A stretch of 64,000 nucleotides of DNA. It comes from Daphnia carinata (taxonomy: Eukaryota). The stretch is taken from contig NC_081331.1 of the NCBI RefSeq assembly GCF_022539665.2, forward strand, positions 5,456,001 through 5,520,000, read 5' to 3'. Shown here in pieces: positions 46,375 to 59,252 of the stretch (positions within the stretch are counted from its first letter, which is position 1; each line of letters opens with the position of its first letter). The notes beneath the pieces are model-generated. The model was not told where the DNA came from. It worked only from the letters and a program-made list of their open reading frames with translations, and did no database searches. Both the position numbers and the translations under genes were made by a program.

Positions 46375-47962
46375 GCTTTTTCAAGCCAATGCTACAGTTT
46401 TTGCAGGTGTGTACAAATAGGACTTAAAGCCAGGACGGACTAAAGAAAACAAATGAGAAATCGTTGGCGAATAATTTTCCCGAAACCTTGTGGAGAGAAA
46501 GCTAAGTGCCCTTCTCTTTTCGATCTAGTTTGCAAATGAAGAAATTTGCAGTCCATTTGAAGTGACACATTTTCCAACTACGTGTCTAGTTTTTGTTCAA
46601 CTTTCAAAATCGCTGGCAGTAATCTTAATAAAAGGAAAAGCAACTGTTGCATTGGCATTGTACGTAAAATGGACACATTTAATGGTGCCGCACCGGTACC
46701 GAACTACCTGGTGTGATATACTGTAGTGGATTGATGATACCCAAAATATTTATGCCCAAATATAGGCTAAAACGCTAAAATACACACAGCAAACGGTTGC
46801 GTTCTGTACGGATTTATGCTCTGGATTCGCACGCATGCCTAGATCTTCTGTTTAGTGTAGTTGCTTGCACATCGAGCTGGTTTTCAGGTGCCCAATCAAC
46901 TTCTTCCTTGCCAACCGGTTTCTGATAATCTGCTTTTCACCAGGTCATTTACCGTACGAATTCCATGCGTGTATGAGTTCTCTGGCTTCGGCATTTTAGC
47001 ACAGTTCCATCAAGCTTTAATAGTTCTCAAAGATTTGTGATTCGTTTGACATATATTTCCTATCACGGTGTCTACATTGTTTGTTATACCTACTAAATGA
47101 AGGGTTCGCTAATGAAACCATCCCATTGAACATTTTTTTCCAAAATATTCGTTTTGGGTGGGAGGGGTACAGTAAAGGATTTCCTCCCCGTCCGTTTCCT
47201 TTATTCCGCGCTTTCTACGTCAAGGTGATAACCCTTTCCCTTATGTGTTCATATTTTGGTGTACGTCTTGCCATTCTAGCACGTGTCGTCATTTAGGGGC
47301 AAAATGTATTAGCGAACTAGTTTACGCCCAGCAACGAGATAGAGAGGTGCATTTTGTACGTAGGTGATTACAGAGAGTGATATGTTTGGTGATCGTCGAC
47401 ATTCCCTCTTCGTGTTATCTCCATCAACACTTCTAGTTTCTCGCAATTCTCACGGAAAGTAGCAGTGAACAACATTTTATACGTAGGTTCTTACTCTATC
47501 AGTGTTATATCCTTCTTTTTCGGTCAAATAGAAAGACAGAGGCAAAAGAAAGTTAGATTTTGTGTGTGTGTGTGTGTGACTACCCTTTATTTATTCATAA
47601 AGTTTGCGTACTTTATTAGCCCTGTCCCAGCTAGCCTGAACAGTAGGTAACTCTCTTCATATGTGTTTTCTTCATTCTGTGTTTCATGTCTATACATCTA
47701 ATATGTGTGTATAGTTAGAATTCGTTCTATGTCGTCTTCATTGAAGCCCAAAGTCACTAGTTCCAAACTGTTATGTACTAGTTTTATGTAATTGGTAAAG
47801 CAAGGAGAGAGCGCATGTGAGCTGGATGAGTGAATTGAAATAAGACATTTTCGGTTTTCTTCGGTTTTCGTCATGCGAGTTTAATTGCAAGTGGAATAGT
47901 TTGAAAACGTTTTGTTATCTAAAAAAATCGTTTAATAGCAAGAATAAGGCAAAGCTAAAGCG

Positions 47963-50655
47963 TTAGAAAAACAAATCGTTTCTGCCTTTAGGCAGGCCAT
48001 ATAGTTTTCTATGTAGATTAAAGAGTTCCCATACAAGACGATATCTTTTTTTCAAAATTATGCTGCCACAGAGGAAGCCGCTGAACAGGCAAGCTGCAAA
48101 TCCACATGATGTCACATCCTGACCGGTGAAGTATAATCCTGTACAATTTCAAAAAATCCCATGTTATCGAAAATAATGACTCAACGTTAAGGGAGGTATC
48201 AAGTGAACAAAGTGTAGCTACCTTCAATGCCGGATTCGGGGCGCAAAAGGGCCGATTGCTCTGGCCCAAAACGAGTCAGGTCGTGTTCCATGTTGTATAG
48301 ACCCCCTTCTCTGGTACTTAGGTAGTGCTCAGCCGTAAGAGGAGTACCGACACTGACGTAGTCTATAGCATCCTTTAAAAAACAATAAAATAATGTTTCC
48401 ATTTGTAACGAAAGCAGAATTATTACTATACCTTTAGCTTAGGGTAGAGAGTAGTCACTTGATCCATAATATTTTGTTCAATACTCTTTTTCAAAGCATC
48501 GTAGTCATCACCTCTCTTTTTTGTCGGTCGTCCCGACCAATTTGAGAACCAAGAATAATAGACGCTCGATAAAATTGATATTGTAGTACGATCTACAAGA
48601 CAAGAAACACGGTGAATTTGTTTTACTGAACAAATCAATTTGTCCATATTACCTGGGTAACGACTTTTCCATGACGGATCTTTGGCAGCAGAAGATGAAA
48701 GGAAAAAAGACGGAATAGGGTTTGATATCATTTGTTCACAGGTCTTATTTATGTTTTCTGCAATTAATTTCTGAGGGGCAAAATGTGATTTTTTAAAATC
48801 ACACATAGTCACGACGTAAGAGTATTAGCAAAAATGGGGGCTGCATACGTACTTCTAGATCGGAGGTCCTGTAAATCCAAACATTCTGCGCAGTGAGGCC
48901 CAATTCTTCCGGTGTGCCACGGAGTCCTACAAAAATATTTAAGTTACCGTATGTTGGTCCGATAATCTTCATTAGTGGCCAGGCAGGCGATTTTTTAGCG
49001 GCATTTTCCGGAAGAAGACCCAGCAAAGTATTGTGCATACCTATAGGGGAACAAAGTAACAATGGAATTGTGCCTTCAGCGAACTTCTGGTTGAACTTCA
49101 AAGCTTCCCATACCTGCATCCGAAATGACAATGGGAGCGTAGACATCAACCATCGATCTTTCTTTATTGCCGACCCGTACACCTATTACTTTGCCTCGTT
49201 CCGTCAGGATCTGGGAAACGTTAGCCTTCATTAGAACTCGACCACCTGATCGCTCAATGACCGGTATAATACGAAATGGCATCTCTGAAGCTCCACCAAT
49301 TGGATAGCACGATCCTGAAGGCAAAACGTTTTTTTAACGCCGTATTTAAGGAAGTTTTTTTAACAATCAGATACCATATTCGCAACAATGAACGTGAAGC
49401 AAAGCCATCATGGATAGAGAAACGCGATTAGGAGGTACGAGAAATCCATTCGATGGGTAGGATAACAGGAACTTCAAGTCTTTGTTCTTTACGCAGCTCT
49501 GTAGTGACAAAAAGAAGGTAAAATATTTAATTAAATTAAGCTTTTGTTTTTGGCGTGGATTGCAGTCCTACAGCTTTTCTTGTTCCAATACCTTATTCTA
49601 GACGCAATTGAAATTTTTCATAAATTACCTCGACCGTTCCGTATACCGAGCGCTCACCCAATGTATAAAAGTCACTCAATAGACGCGGTAGACGGAAGAA
49701 TTGGAGTACATTAACGAACCAGAGTGGCAATAATTTGACTGCAAACCAAGCCATTGGTCCTGGAGGGTTGTATGCCCGTTTAAGCAAACGGAAGTATTCT
49801 TTGATTCCTTGGGCTTCGTCAGGAAATTGCTCAATCAGCTGGTTTTCGAAGGCATCGGGACCTGAAGTAATGGTGTATTCGCGCTGGGACGGGGACATGG
49901 CGTCCATTATTAAACGCTCCACATTGGTATCTATAAAAGAAACATTAAGAGAACATTCTTGAATAGAAACAAGTTATCGACCGAACTTTGATCGCGTTAC
50001 CAAATTTAGCAAACTTGATCTGCCCATCACTGATTTGTTCCAGCAAAGTTCGAGTGAGTGTTGGGCGGATGAAATTGCCGACGTAGTGTATTCCGACGTC
50101 GAATTCGTAGCCATTTTCCCTAAAGGTATGGCATGCTCCACCACACTTGTAATGCTTTTCAAGAACGAGAACTTTCAGGCCAGCTTTGCTGAGTAGCGCA
50201 GCGGTGGATAATCCTGTTGGGCATACAATTTTAAAACACCACAAAATTACTAAAAGCTGACAGATAAAAGTAAAAAGAAAGTTCATCTGACCTCCGATTC
50301 CTGAACCAATCACAATAGCGTCCCATTTCTTTTCGTTGGCAAGTTTTTTGGTGAAAGCTTTAAAAAAACAAAAACAGAAGCACCGTGATGTACTGTTAGC
50401 ATCTTTTTGGTAAAGATATAAAATTAGAAATACAACTTTTGTAACTGTACCTCTTTTCATGGTTTCATCGCGTTTGGCATGGTCAGTTACCAACGGCGTT
50501 AGAGGAGTTCTTGAGTCTTCTGCGAACGGAGACTTCCATTTGCCCGTTCCATTTTTGAAAAAAATTTTTTTGAAGCAATATGCAAAGAAAACGGCTAGGA
50601 TAATTCCTATTTGAATTCGCCCTTCGAGAAGCTTTCCTAATGTATCAAATAACAT
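47963..50655 (-). CDS. RETSAT: RETSAT-like R3
   Basis: Same motifs and exon structure; ends RNDLFF*. Confidence 0.86.
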
Positions 50656-50787
50656 GCTTTAAGAAGCCAAAACGGCACTCTTTTAAGGGATGGGTCAAAA
50701 TGAGCACTTGCACCTCAAATGGAGGACGAATAGCAAATGAAAATGCCTCCTTCGTTGTTGGGCTGTTAATAAGTAAAGATAATGGCA

Positions 50788-50900
50788 AAGAAAGACGAGC
50801 GCCCTTCTCCTTTCAATCTCGTTTTTAGACGAAAAAATGCACATCTGGGAAGTAGCGCGATTTCCCAACACGTGGCTTGATTAAAGCAAACTTTCAAAAG
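50788..50900 (-). promoter_or_regulatory. Conserved non-coding block upstream of every RETSAT-like start (also ~42325-42440, ~46495-46610, ~55060-55175, ~59364-59475)
   Basis: aaagacgagcgcccttctc..ttc.atctcgtttt..gaagtagcgcgattt..caactttcaaaa is recognisable in all five copies, about 110-250 nt upstream of the ATG. Confidence 0.5.
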
Positions 50901-52235
50901 AACTGCCATGAAAAATAGAGAGAAAAACGAAACTTGTTTTATTGTAATCAATTTTTAAAAAATATTATTGGTGCAGGGAGTCGAGGAAACTGGTTCAAGT
51001 AGTCTTCATTACGCTTGCAACTCTGGTCTCTATCACAGGAAAAAAAGCGGATTTTCCGGAAGCTGTAGAGGTCACGAGTTTAACGACATTCGTTCATTAT
51101 AGTAGATATTGTTTTGTTTACTATGCGGTTTTTAAGGCGTATCGATTATTTAAGCACTAACTATGGAGGCAGTTTTAGAAATTAGAGTTTGGGCGTAGAG
51201 ATGAAGTTCTGATACGAAGAAAGCCTGAAAGGAAATGGGAAGACAAACTTGTTGGCTTTGAATCTCGAAAACAATTCCTAACAACTGTAGTACATAGTCT
51301 ACAGACTTAAGCTATCATGGCATCATACAATGTTAGCTGAATCTTTGAAAGGGGAGGTAACATTTAAAAAATTCAAAGCAATCCAAGTGTAGGGTAGGAA
51401 GGGTCCGATAAAGGATTTCTACCCCGTCCTTTTCTAGGGTTACGTTTTTCCGTTTCCATGGGCGTTATTATTTAGAACCATCGGCGAAGCGGACGCAGTT
51501 TACTTTAGGCAACGAGATGGAGAGGTGCAGTTCGTACACAGGTGATTATGGAATGTGAAATATTTAGGGAATCGTCGACTTTTACCCTGGGTGTGATCTA
51601 CTTCAAGTTCTTCGCGATTCTTGTTACAGATGCCAATCTACAGCATTTCAACGGTAGGTGCTTCCTTAATCGATTCTCGTCTTTAAAGCCAAATAGAAAT
51701 AAAGGAAACGAAAGAAAGTTAGGTTTTCGGTTAGTTCAACGTCCGCCAGTAAGATTGTCCTTTATGGAATCACCCAGTTTACGTGCCTTAAAGGCCTTGT
51801 CCACTGTAGCCTAAACGAAATGTAACTTTCTCTGCTTATGTGTTCTCTGCATTCGGGTTTTCCTGTCTATACATCTACTACGTGTCTATAACTAGAATTC
51901 GTTTGATATCGTCTGGATTGTTTCCAACAGCTTTTGGTGAAAACTATAACGAACCGATTTTACATAATTATTAAGACAGGACATAGCCAGAGGAGCGAGT
52001 GAACGAATTCGAGCACGGAACTTTCAGTTTCCAAAGATAGCCATAATCTTTTAAAGGGGTGGTTGGTTCAAAAACTTCGTAAGTGAAGAGTCGAATCGTA
52101 ATTATATTCTACGTGCAAGTGACGTCGAATGCGGTGAATCGGTAGAATTGGAGTGAACCAGCAAATAGCTTCAAAACCTTTTATTATTGCCGGAAAAAAA
52201 TCGCTGAATACCCAAAATTTTACAAAACTTGAGCG

Positions 52236-54929
52236 TTATAAAAACAAGTCGTTTATGTCTTTAGGCATGCCATATAGTTTCCTATGTAGATTAAAGAGTT
52301 CCCATGAAAGAAGGTATCTTTTCTTCAAAACTACGCTGGCACAGAGGAAGCCGCTGTACAAGCAAGATGCAAATCCGCATGATGTCACATCCTGACCGGT
52401 GAAGTACAATCCTTGTACAATTCAATGAAACAAAACGTTATTGAGAACAAAAACTTAATGCTCTTGCAGATGTCGCAAGGGATATACCTTCAATGCCGGA
52501 TTCAGGTCGCAATAGCGCAGCTTGTTCTGCCCCAAAACGATTGATGTCGTGTTCCATGTTGTATGTGCCTCCTTGTTTAGTAACTAAGTAGTGCTCCATG
52601 GTAACCGGGCTACCGACACTAACGTAGTCTATGGCATTCTTTCGTTTAAAAAATAATAAGTTACTGTTGTTACAAATAGCAAAGAGAGTTTTTTACCTTC
52701 AACTTGGGAAAGAGAGTAGTCACTTGATCAACGATATGTTGTCCGAGAGCATTTTTCGTAGTATTGTAATCATCGCCTCGCTTTTTTGTCGGTAGCCCGG
52801 ACCATTGAGAAAACCAAGTATATGGGGCAAACGCTAAAACCGATAACGTACTACGATCTGCAAGATATGAAACCCTATCAATGTGTCTTCGAAAAAAGAA
52901 ATGGTTTTCTCAGCAATACCTGGATAGCGATCTTTCCAAGAAGGATCTTTGGCAGCTGAAGATGAAAGGAAAAGAGATGGATAAGGTTTTTCCAGTGCGT
53001 CTGGAAGAGTTGTTTTGAATATTCGAGTCATTACTTCCTTAAAAAAAAATAGATTCCTTACAATCGATAAGCTCACAACATAAGAGATCTACAATAATAG
53101 GAAATTGTTGACGCACTTCCAGATCGGAGCCGGCGTGTGCCCAAATATTCTGCGCAGTGAGCCCTAATTTCTCTGGTGTACCTCGGAGCCCTATGAAGAC
53201 ACTTACGTTCCCATACGATGGCCTGATAGTCTTCATTAATGGCCAGGCAGGTGACGTTTTTGCCACCCTCTCCGGAAGAAGGTCCAGCAGAGTATTGTGC
53301 ATACCTGTGGCAGAAAGCAACGTTTGATTGTGTCTCCTACCAACTTTTGATTCAATTTTGTGGTTTCAGATACCTGCATCCGAAATAACAATGGGGGCGT
53401 AAATATCAACCATTGAGTTTTCCCTGTTGTCGACTCGTACACCTACTACTTTGCCTCCTTCAGTCAGGATCTGGGAAACGTTAGCCTTCATTAGAACTCG
53501 ACCACCTGATCGCTCAATGACTGGCATAATTCGATATGGCATCTCTGAAGCTCCGCCAACTGGGTAGCACGATCCTGTCAATGAAAAATGTCTACAATTA
53601 TATTTTATTTTTTTACAAAAAACTATTTTTAGCAGCCCAAAACCGAATTCGCATAAATGGATGTGAAGCATAGCTATCATGGGGACGCTAACGCGACTGG
53701 GAGGTACGAAAAGTACGTTTGCTTGATAGGATAACAGATACCGTAAGTCTTCGTTCTTTACGTGACTCTGTTATGATATGATACGAAAAAGTAAAATTTT
53801 AGTGAAATGAATCATTTTGCATGAAGGCTTTTAAATTTTGAAACAAATCGTTATAGGCAAGCTGGAGTTTTTCTTAACTTACTTCGATGATCTCTTTTAG
53901 AGAGCGTTTGTTCAGTCCATAGAAATCGCTCAGCAAACGTGGCAGACCAAAGAACTGGAGTAAATTATTGAACCAGAGTGGTAATAATTTGACTGCAGAA
54001 AACGACATAGATGCTTGAGGTTGGTATCCTCTTTTAAGCAAACGGAAGTATTCTTTGATCCCTTGGGCTTCGTCAGGAAATTGCTTAATCAGTTGGTTTT
54101 CGAAAGCATCGGGACCGGAAGAAATGTTGTATTCTCGCTGCGACGGTGACATGGCGTCTACTATCAAGCGGTCTACGTTGGTATCTATAAAAGAAACAAA
54201 GGGATATTCCCTAAACTGGAAACAGATTAGCCTATAGACTTAACATGGATCTTGTTACCTAATTCAGCAAACTTGATCTTCCCATCGCTGATTTGTTCCA
54301 GTAAAGTTCGAATGAGTGTTGGGCGGATGAAATTGCCGACATAGTGTATTCCAACATCGAATTCGTAACCGTTTTCCATAAAGGTATGGCAAGCACCTCC
54401 GCACTTGTAATGCTTTTCAAGAACGAGAACTTTCATGCCAGCTTTGCTGAGTAGCGCTGCGGCGGACAAACCTGTTCAGAATGAAAAAAGGCGTTTACTT
54501 ATGACTAACAACAAAATACTCTAAGTTGATGACAGATGAAAGTTAAAGGTAATTTGACCCTCTGACCTCCGATTCCTGAACCAATAACGATAGCGTCCCA
54601 TTTCTTTTCGTTGGCCAGTTTCTTGGTGAAAGCTTTAAAAAAAGAAAATAGGAGAATGTGATGTACTGGTCACACCTTTTTGATTGAAGACATCAAATTA
54701 TAAATACAACTTTTGTAACTGTACCTTTTTTCATGGTTTCATCGCGTTTGGCATGGTCAGTTATCAACGACGTTAGAGGAGTTCTTGAGTCTTCTGCGAA
54801 CGGAGACTTCCATTTGCTCGTTTCGTTTTTGGGAAAAAGTTTTTTGATGCAATATGCAAAGAAAACGGCTAGGATAATTCCTATTTGAATTCGCACTTCG
54901 AGAAGCTTTCCTAATGTATAAAATAACAT
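52236..54929 (-). CDS. RETSAT: RETSAT-like R4
   Basis: Same motifs; ends INDLFL*. Confidence 0.86.
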
Positions 54930-55632
54930 GTTTTAGCAAGCCAAAGCGGCAATCTTTTAAGGGATGGATCGCAATGCCACTTGTAGCTCGAACGGACGAA
55001 ATAAAGCAAATGAAAACGCCAACTTTGTTGTTGGGTTGTTTATAACTAAAGCTAATGGCAAAGAAAGACAACTTCCCTTCTCTTTTCAATCTCGTTTTTA
55101 GACGAAGAAAATTCTAGCCCTAAGAAGTAGTGCGATTTCCCAACACGAAATGCTCGGTAAAAGCCAACTTTCAAAATAACTGACGACTACATCAAAAACG
55201 GAGAGAAAACAAAACTTGTTTTATTGTAATCCATTTTGGTGAATTATTATTGTTGCAGGGGGTCGTGTAAAATGGTGCAAGCAGTTTTCATTATGCTTGC
55301 AACTGTTGTCTGTATCAATGGAAAAAAAGCGGTTGTTGTCCGGAAACGGTAGAGGTCTCGAGTTTAAGTATCCTCTTCCATGACGGTAGATGTTATTTTG
55401 CTATTATACGGTTTTTAAGGCGTATCGCTTATTTAAGCGGTAGCAGTGGAGGCAGTGTTAGAAATTAGAATTTGAGATAAGAGGTTGTATATCGAAAACA
55501 ATTATTATTAACTGTAGCACGTAGTCTACGTACCCTATACTATCGTGGTGTCATGCAGTATTTGCTGAATCTTTTAAAAGCGAGGTTAACATTGAACAAA
55601 ATTCCCAAACAAATTTTCCCACATCCTAGTGT

Positions 55633-56480
55633 ACGGTAGGAAGGGTCCAGTAAAAGATTTCCTACCCTTCCTTTTCCTTCTTTTCAAGCTTTTTTTACGT
55701 CTAGTTGCAAACCCTTCCCCTTTGTACTTAGGGTTACGTTTTTCCGTTTCGATGGGCGTTATTATTTGGAACAAAAAGCCTAAGCGGACGTAGTTTACTT
55801 TAGGCAACGAGATCGAGAGGTGCAGTTCGTACACAGGTGACGTATTTGATGTGACAATTGTATGTGACATATTTGGTGATCGTTAGTGGATCGTCGACTT
55901 TCATCCTGGGTGTGATCTACTTCAAGTTCCTCGCAATTTTCATGAAAGATGTCAATCCACAGCATTTCAACGGTAGGTTCTTCGTCAATCAATTCCCCTC
56001 TTTTAAGCCAAATAGTAAGAAAGGAAGCGGATGAACGTTAGATTTTGTGTTAGTTCAATGTCCGTCAGTGTGGTTGTCCTTCGTCGAATCATCCAGTTTA
56101 CGCACCTTAAAGGCCCTGTCCTTCGTAGCCTATACATTATATTCCTCTTTCTGCTTATGTGTTTTCTGCATTCGTTTATTTAGTCTATACATCTAATGGG
56201 CGTCTATAACTAGAATTCGTTTTATAGCGTCTGGATTGGTGCCAACAGCTTTTAACTGAAAACTATGACGAACCGATTTTACGTAATTATTAGGTTAGAA
56301 CAAGTCAGAGGGCGAGTGAACGGATTCGAGCACGACACTTTCAGTTTTCGAAGGTAGCCATAACTTTTTAAAGGGTTGATTGGTTCAAAAACTTCGTAAG
56401 TGAAGAGTCGAATCGTCATAATACTCTACGTGCACGTCACATCGATTGAGGGCAAGCGGTAGAATTGGAGTGAACCAGCA
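55633..56480 (-). repeat. Best-preserved copy of a decayed repeat. Other copies at ~35810-36365, ~38950-39430, ~42920-43460, ~47155-47750, ~51390-52190, ~59950-60135
   Basis: Shared core aggaagggt..aaaggatttc..ccccgtcctt..acgtc(a/t)agttgcaaacccttccc..tgtactta..gtttacttt..gcaacgagat.gagaggtgcagttcgtacacagg, same orientation in all copies. Confidence 0.75.
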
Positions 56481-56554
56481 AATAGCTTGAAAATCTTGTA
56501 TTTTTACCTGAAAAAAAAGTCGCTGAATACCCAAAAGATTATCAAACAGTAGCG

Positions 56555-59252
56555 TTAGAAAAACAAATCGTTTCTGCCTTCAGGCAGCCCATATAGTTTT
56601 CTATGTAAATTAAAGAGTTCCCATAATAGAAGATATCTTTTCTTCAAAACTACGCTGGCACAGAGGAAGCCGCTGTACAAGCAAGCTGCAAATCCACATG
56701 ATGTCACATCTTGACCGGTGAAGTATAATCCTTGAAAAATGTTATAAAACACTAAGTTAGCGAAAATAATGACTATACACGATCGGAGACTTTGCATGGC
56801 ATAATGTACCTTTAATGCCTGATTCCGGACGCAAAAGAGCCGCCTGTTCCGGGCCAAAACGAGTAATGTCGTGTTCCATGTTGTACGAGCCCCCTTCTCT
56901 GGTACTTAGGTAGTGCTCAATCGTAACAGGACTGCCGACATTAACGTAGTCTATGGCATTCTTAAAAAAAAAAATTACTCTTGTAACTAAAACAAAAAGA
57001 CTACCATACCTTCAATTTGGGAAACAGAGTGGTCACTTCATCGACAATATGCTGTCCTATAGCATTTTTCAAAGTATTGTAATCATCGCCTCGCTTCTTT
57101 GTCGGTAGTCCAGACCACTGGGTGAACTCAGAATATGGAGCGAACGATAATATTGTTAAGGTGCTGCGATCTACGAGATATTCAGCACCGTGAATTTCGC
57201 CTTGGAGAAGGAATCATTTTGTGCACAGTACCTGGATAGCGATTTTTCCATGAAGGGTCTTTGGCAGCCGATGATGACAGCAGAAGAGCCGGATAAGGTT
57301 TTGCTAATAATTCTGGAAGAGGTTTAACCAAACTTTCGGCAAACATTTTCTATGCAAAAATCGTGAATTTTTGTTATTCTTCTATTTGACGACATATAAG
57401 AATAAGCAAAAAAGAAAAAAAATAAGGGCTGATAACGTACTTCCAGATTGGAGCCGGCGTGGACCCAAATATTCTGCGCAGTGAGACCTAATTCTTCTGT
57501 CGTGCCACGAAGTCCAACAAAGACGCTTAAGTTCCCGACCGATGGTCTGATAGTTTTCGTGAGTGGCCAGGCAGACGACTTTTCGGCTTCACTTTTCGGA
57601 AGAAGATCCAGCAAAGTGTTGTGCATACCTGTGACAGAAAACAATAAGAATTGATTGTGCATTCTGCCAATTTTTGTTTCAATTTTGCGGTTTCAGATAC
57701 CTGCATCCGAAATGACAATGGGAGCGTGAATATCAACCATTAAGTTTTCCTTGTTGCCAACTCGTACACCTATTACTTTGCCTCCTTCCGTCAGGATCTG
57801 GGAAACGTTAGCCTTCATTAGAACTCGACCACCTGATCGCTCAATGACCGGCACAATTCGATATGGCATCTCAGAAGCCCCACCAATCGGGTAGCACGAC
57901 CCTGTAAACAAATTCTTTTAAAACGCGCCGGGTTTTTTTCGAAAATTTTGTTTGAAACCAGATACCATATTCGCAGCAATGGACGTGAAGCAAAGACATC
58001 ATTGGGAAGCTTATACGACTAGGAGGTACAATAAATCCAACTGTTGAATAGGATAACAGGATCTGCAAGTCTTTGTTCTTTATATGGCTCTAGTGCGAAG
58101 AGAAACAGTTCAAAAATCCCATAGAATAAAACATTTGTTACTGGCTTGGATTGCATGCATACTTCTTTTGTTATTCCAATAACTTATTCTAGACACACCA
58201 AATGTTTTTGCTGAATTACCTCGATAACTTCTTTTACTGAGCGTTCACCCAATGCATAGAAATCACTCAATAGACGTGGTAAGCCGAAAAATCGGAGTAC
58301 ATCAACGAACCAGAGTGGTAGTAGTTTGACTGCAAACCAAGCCATAGTTCCTCGAGGGTTGTATGCCCGTTTAAGCAAACGAAAGAACTCTTTGATTCCT
58401 TGAACTTCGTCCGGAAATTGCTTAATCAGTTGATTTTCGAAGGCATCGGGACCGGAAGAAATGGTGTATTCGCGCCGCGATGGGGACATAACGTCCAACA
58501 TTAAACGCTCTACGTTGTTATCTATAAGAGAAACATTAAGGGAAGATTCCTGATTTGGAAACAGGTTATAGACCAAACTTTAATCGCGTTACCAAATTTA
58601 GCAAACTTTATTTGCCCATCACTGATTTGTTCCAGCAAAGTTCGAGTGAGTGTTGGGCGGATGAAATTGCCGACGTAGTGTATCCCGACATCGAATTCGT
58701 AACCATTCTCTCTAAAGGTATGGCAAGCACCTCCGCACTTGTAATGCTTTTCAAGAACGAGAACTTTCAGGCCAGCTTTGCTGAGTAGCGCAGCGGTGGA
58801 CAGTCCTGTTCGAAATGCAAAATAGCGTTTATTTTTGAATAATCACTTAAAATTAATTGACAAAAAGTAATAGGTAAATCAAACAATATAACAATTTCAT
58901 CTGACCTCCGATTCCTGAACCTATTACAATGGCATCCCATTTCTTTTCGTTTGCAAGTTTCTTGGTGAACGCTAGAAAAGGAAATAGAGGCACCGTGTTG
59001 AACTTTTAATAGAAAAAATGAAATTAGGATTGTAACTTTCGGAACTGTACCTCTTTTCATGGTTTCATCGCGCTTGGCATGGTCAATAATCAATGGAGTT
59101 AAAGGAGTTCTTGAGTCTTCTGCAAACGGAGACTTCCATTTGCCCGTTTCAGTTTTGAAAAGAAGTTTTTTGATGCAATATGCAAAGAAAACGGCTAGGA
59201 TTACGCCTAGTTGAATGCGCACGTTTAAAAGCACTCCTGTATCAAATAACAT
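56555..59252 (-). CDS. RETSAT: RETSAT-like R5
   Basis: Same motifs; ends GRNDLFF*. Confidence 0.86.
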
